From: an uncultured Gammaproteobacteria bacterium
Lineage (GTDB): Bacteria > Pseudomonadota > Gammaproteobacteria > UBA9214
NCBI GenBank assembly: GCA_963748215.1
Contig: CAVVHS010000006.1
Location: forward strand, 256,001-320,000
Direction: 5' to 3'
DNA: 64,000 nt
Shown: piece after piece, positions 62,689 to 64,000 of the stretch
Layout of the letters: every line of letters starts with the position of its first letter
How positions within the stretch are numbered: position 1 is the stretch's first letter
Program-made: the position numbers and the translations under genes
Notes under the pieces: model-generated
Databases searched by the model: none
What the model was told of the DNA's origin: nothing
What the model saw: only the letters and a program-made list of their open reading frames with translations

Positions 62689-64000
62689 CTAGCTGAGCGG
62701 CCAGACTGAGGCCAGATACTTCCAGTTGATGAAATAATACACAACGAAGGAGACCAGCAGCACCATCGCCAGCGCAAAGGTGCCGGGAGCTTCAAAACCG
62801 GCTGAACGGTGCTCCCCGAGAGGCTCCGCCATGGGCAGCACGGCAGGCTGCGCCGTGTAGTTACCGGACGACAGCGGTATGCCGAAGCTCTGCAGGAAAC
62901 CGGCTGACGGATCCAGTTGCTTGCCGAACACCAGGGAGCCGACCGTGATGAGCAGGTAGGCGCCGCCGCCGATAACGGCAAGCACCGCTCCCATGCCGGC
63001 GATACCCATCAGGGTGTAGGCCATGCCCGAGTACTCGAAACTCAGCGCAGCACCGGTGAAGTCCATGTCCCAATGACGCCGGGACACACCGAGGGTGCCG
63101 GCACCCAGCATGAACAGGATCAGGATGGTCATACCTGCCCCGAACAGGTAGGGCTGCCACTTGGCCAGTGTGGGCAGAATCATCTGGCGCCGGAACAAAA
63201 CGGGGATCAGGAAAAATGTCAGACCCATGAACGTCAGGGTGGTGCCGACCGCCACCGTGGCGTGGAAGTGGGCCGGGACATAGATGGTGTTATGGATGAT
63301 CAGGTTGATCTGTTCCGTACCCATCACAACACCCGTAATGCCACCGATAAACCCGAAAATGATAATCGAGATAAAGGTGGAGGAGAATACCGGGTTGCCC
63401 CAGGGCGCCTTGCGCAGCCATTCGAACAGGCCGTGCGTATAGCCTTTCTGGCGCTGGGCGACTTCCATGGAGCCCGGTACCGTCAGGCCATGGATCATGC
63501 TGGCCAGGACCGCGAGATACATGGCATAACTGGTGTTGAAGATCTTCCACTCGGCGCTGATACCCGGGTCCACCAGGATGTGATGGGCGCAGGCGAGTTG
63601 CAGGAACAGGATGTAGAGCAGAAATGCGGTGCGGCTCACTTTCTCCGACATGGGGCGTGCACCGAATACCAGGCCAGCGACCAGGTACCATACCGACACA
63701 TGCGCGACGACGTTGATCTGCTGGGAGGAATGGCCCATGCCCCACCAGATGAGGCGGTACATCTCCGCATCGATGTTCGCAATATAGCCGATCGACCACA
63801 GGAAGGTGGGGATCAGGATGATGGCGCCGCTGGCGATGGTGAATACGGCGATAATGGCGGCGGTCATGGCGCCGAAGGTGACCAGCGGTATGGAACCCTC
63901 ATAGGTGCGTTCGTTCCTGGCAGTAACCAGGGTACCGAAAAACACGAAGCAACCGATCAGGGCGCCGACCGCAAACAGGATCAGTCCCAGGTAGAAATGC
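62689..64000 (-). CDS. Heme-copper superfamily subunit I, eNOR type (5' truncated by window)
   Basis: WWGMGHSSQQ (Gln at His+4 instead of Tyr), AHHIL, PAHFH, GVSRR. Confidence 0.8.
   Translation of the reverse strand, partial: HFYLGLILFAVGALIGCFVFFGTLVTARNERTYEGSIPLVTFGAMTAAIIAVFTIASGAIILIPTFLWSIGYIANIDAEMYRLIWWGMGHSSQQINVVAHVSVWYLVAGLVFGARPMSEKVSRTAFLLYILFLQLACAHHILVDPGISAEWKIFNTSYAMYLAVLASMIHGLTVPGSMEVAQRQKGYTHGLFEWLRKAPWGNPVFSSTFISIIIFGFIGGITGVVMGTEQINLIIHNTIYVPAHFHATVAVGTTLTFMGLTFFLIPVLFRRQMILPTLAKWQPYLFGAGMTILILFMLGAGTLGVSRRHWDMDFTGAALSFEYSGMAYTLMGIAGMGAVLAVIGGGAYLLITVGSLVFGKQLDPSAGFLQSFGIPLSSGNYTAQPAVLPMAEPLGEHRSAGFEAPGTFALAMVLLVSFVVYYFINWKYLASVWPLS

Noticed and set aside
62689-64000. 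Ordinary aa3/cbb3 oxygen reductase
   Set aside because: The helix VI Tyr is replaced by Gln, and cbb3 or A-family motifs are not seen.

Overview
High-GC gammaproteobacterial chromosome (Chromatiales-like gene order; taxonomy is inference). Bases 1-34 kb are core genome: 3' end of rpoS, yceH-like, alaC-hom-thrC, recJ-prfB-lysS, mltD, methyltransferase-rnhA-dnaQ, an Mrp antiporter operon with three D-like subunits plus NhaD, and an RND pump. At least five families of small palindromic elements or MITEs sit in its intergenic spaces. Bases 34-50.4 kb are accessory DNA downstream of tRNA-Val(CAC): a HipA-like TA pair, a multi-PAS kinase-REC-RssB-RssC/STAS module, and a ~5.9 kb integrase-less island bounded by a 45-bp tRNA duplication (16-repeat Sel1 protein, deleted IS3). 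Bases 50.5-64 kb hold the most interesting region, a Dnr-linked eNOR-type nitric oxide reductase cluster. Its accessory genes are unusual: a heme-copper oxidase subunit I paralog lacking the HH metal-ligand pair, a CtaA with altered catalytic residues, a cytochrome b-2[4Fe-4S]-MvhD fusion behind a -41.5 FNR/DNR box, two SCO proteins, CyoE, hemerythrin and SirB2. Many single-base indels in conserved genes point to assembly errors. All calls were made by eye; no database searches were run.
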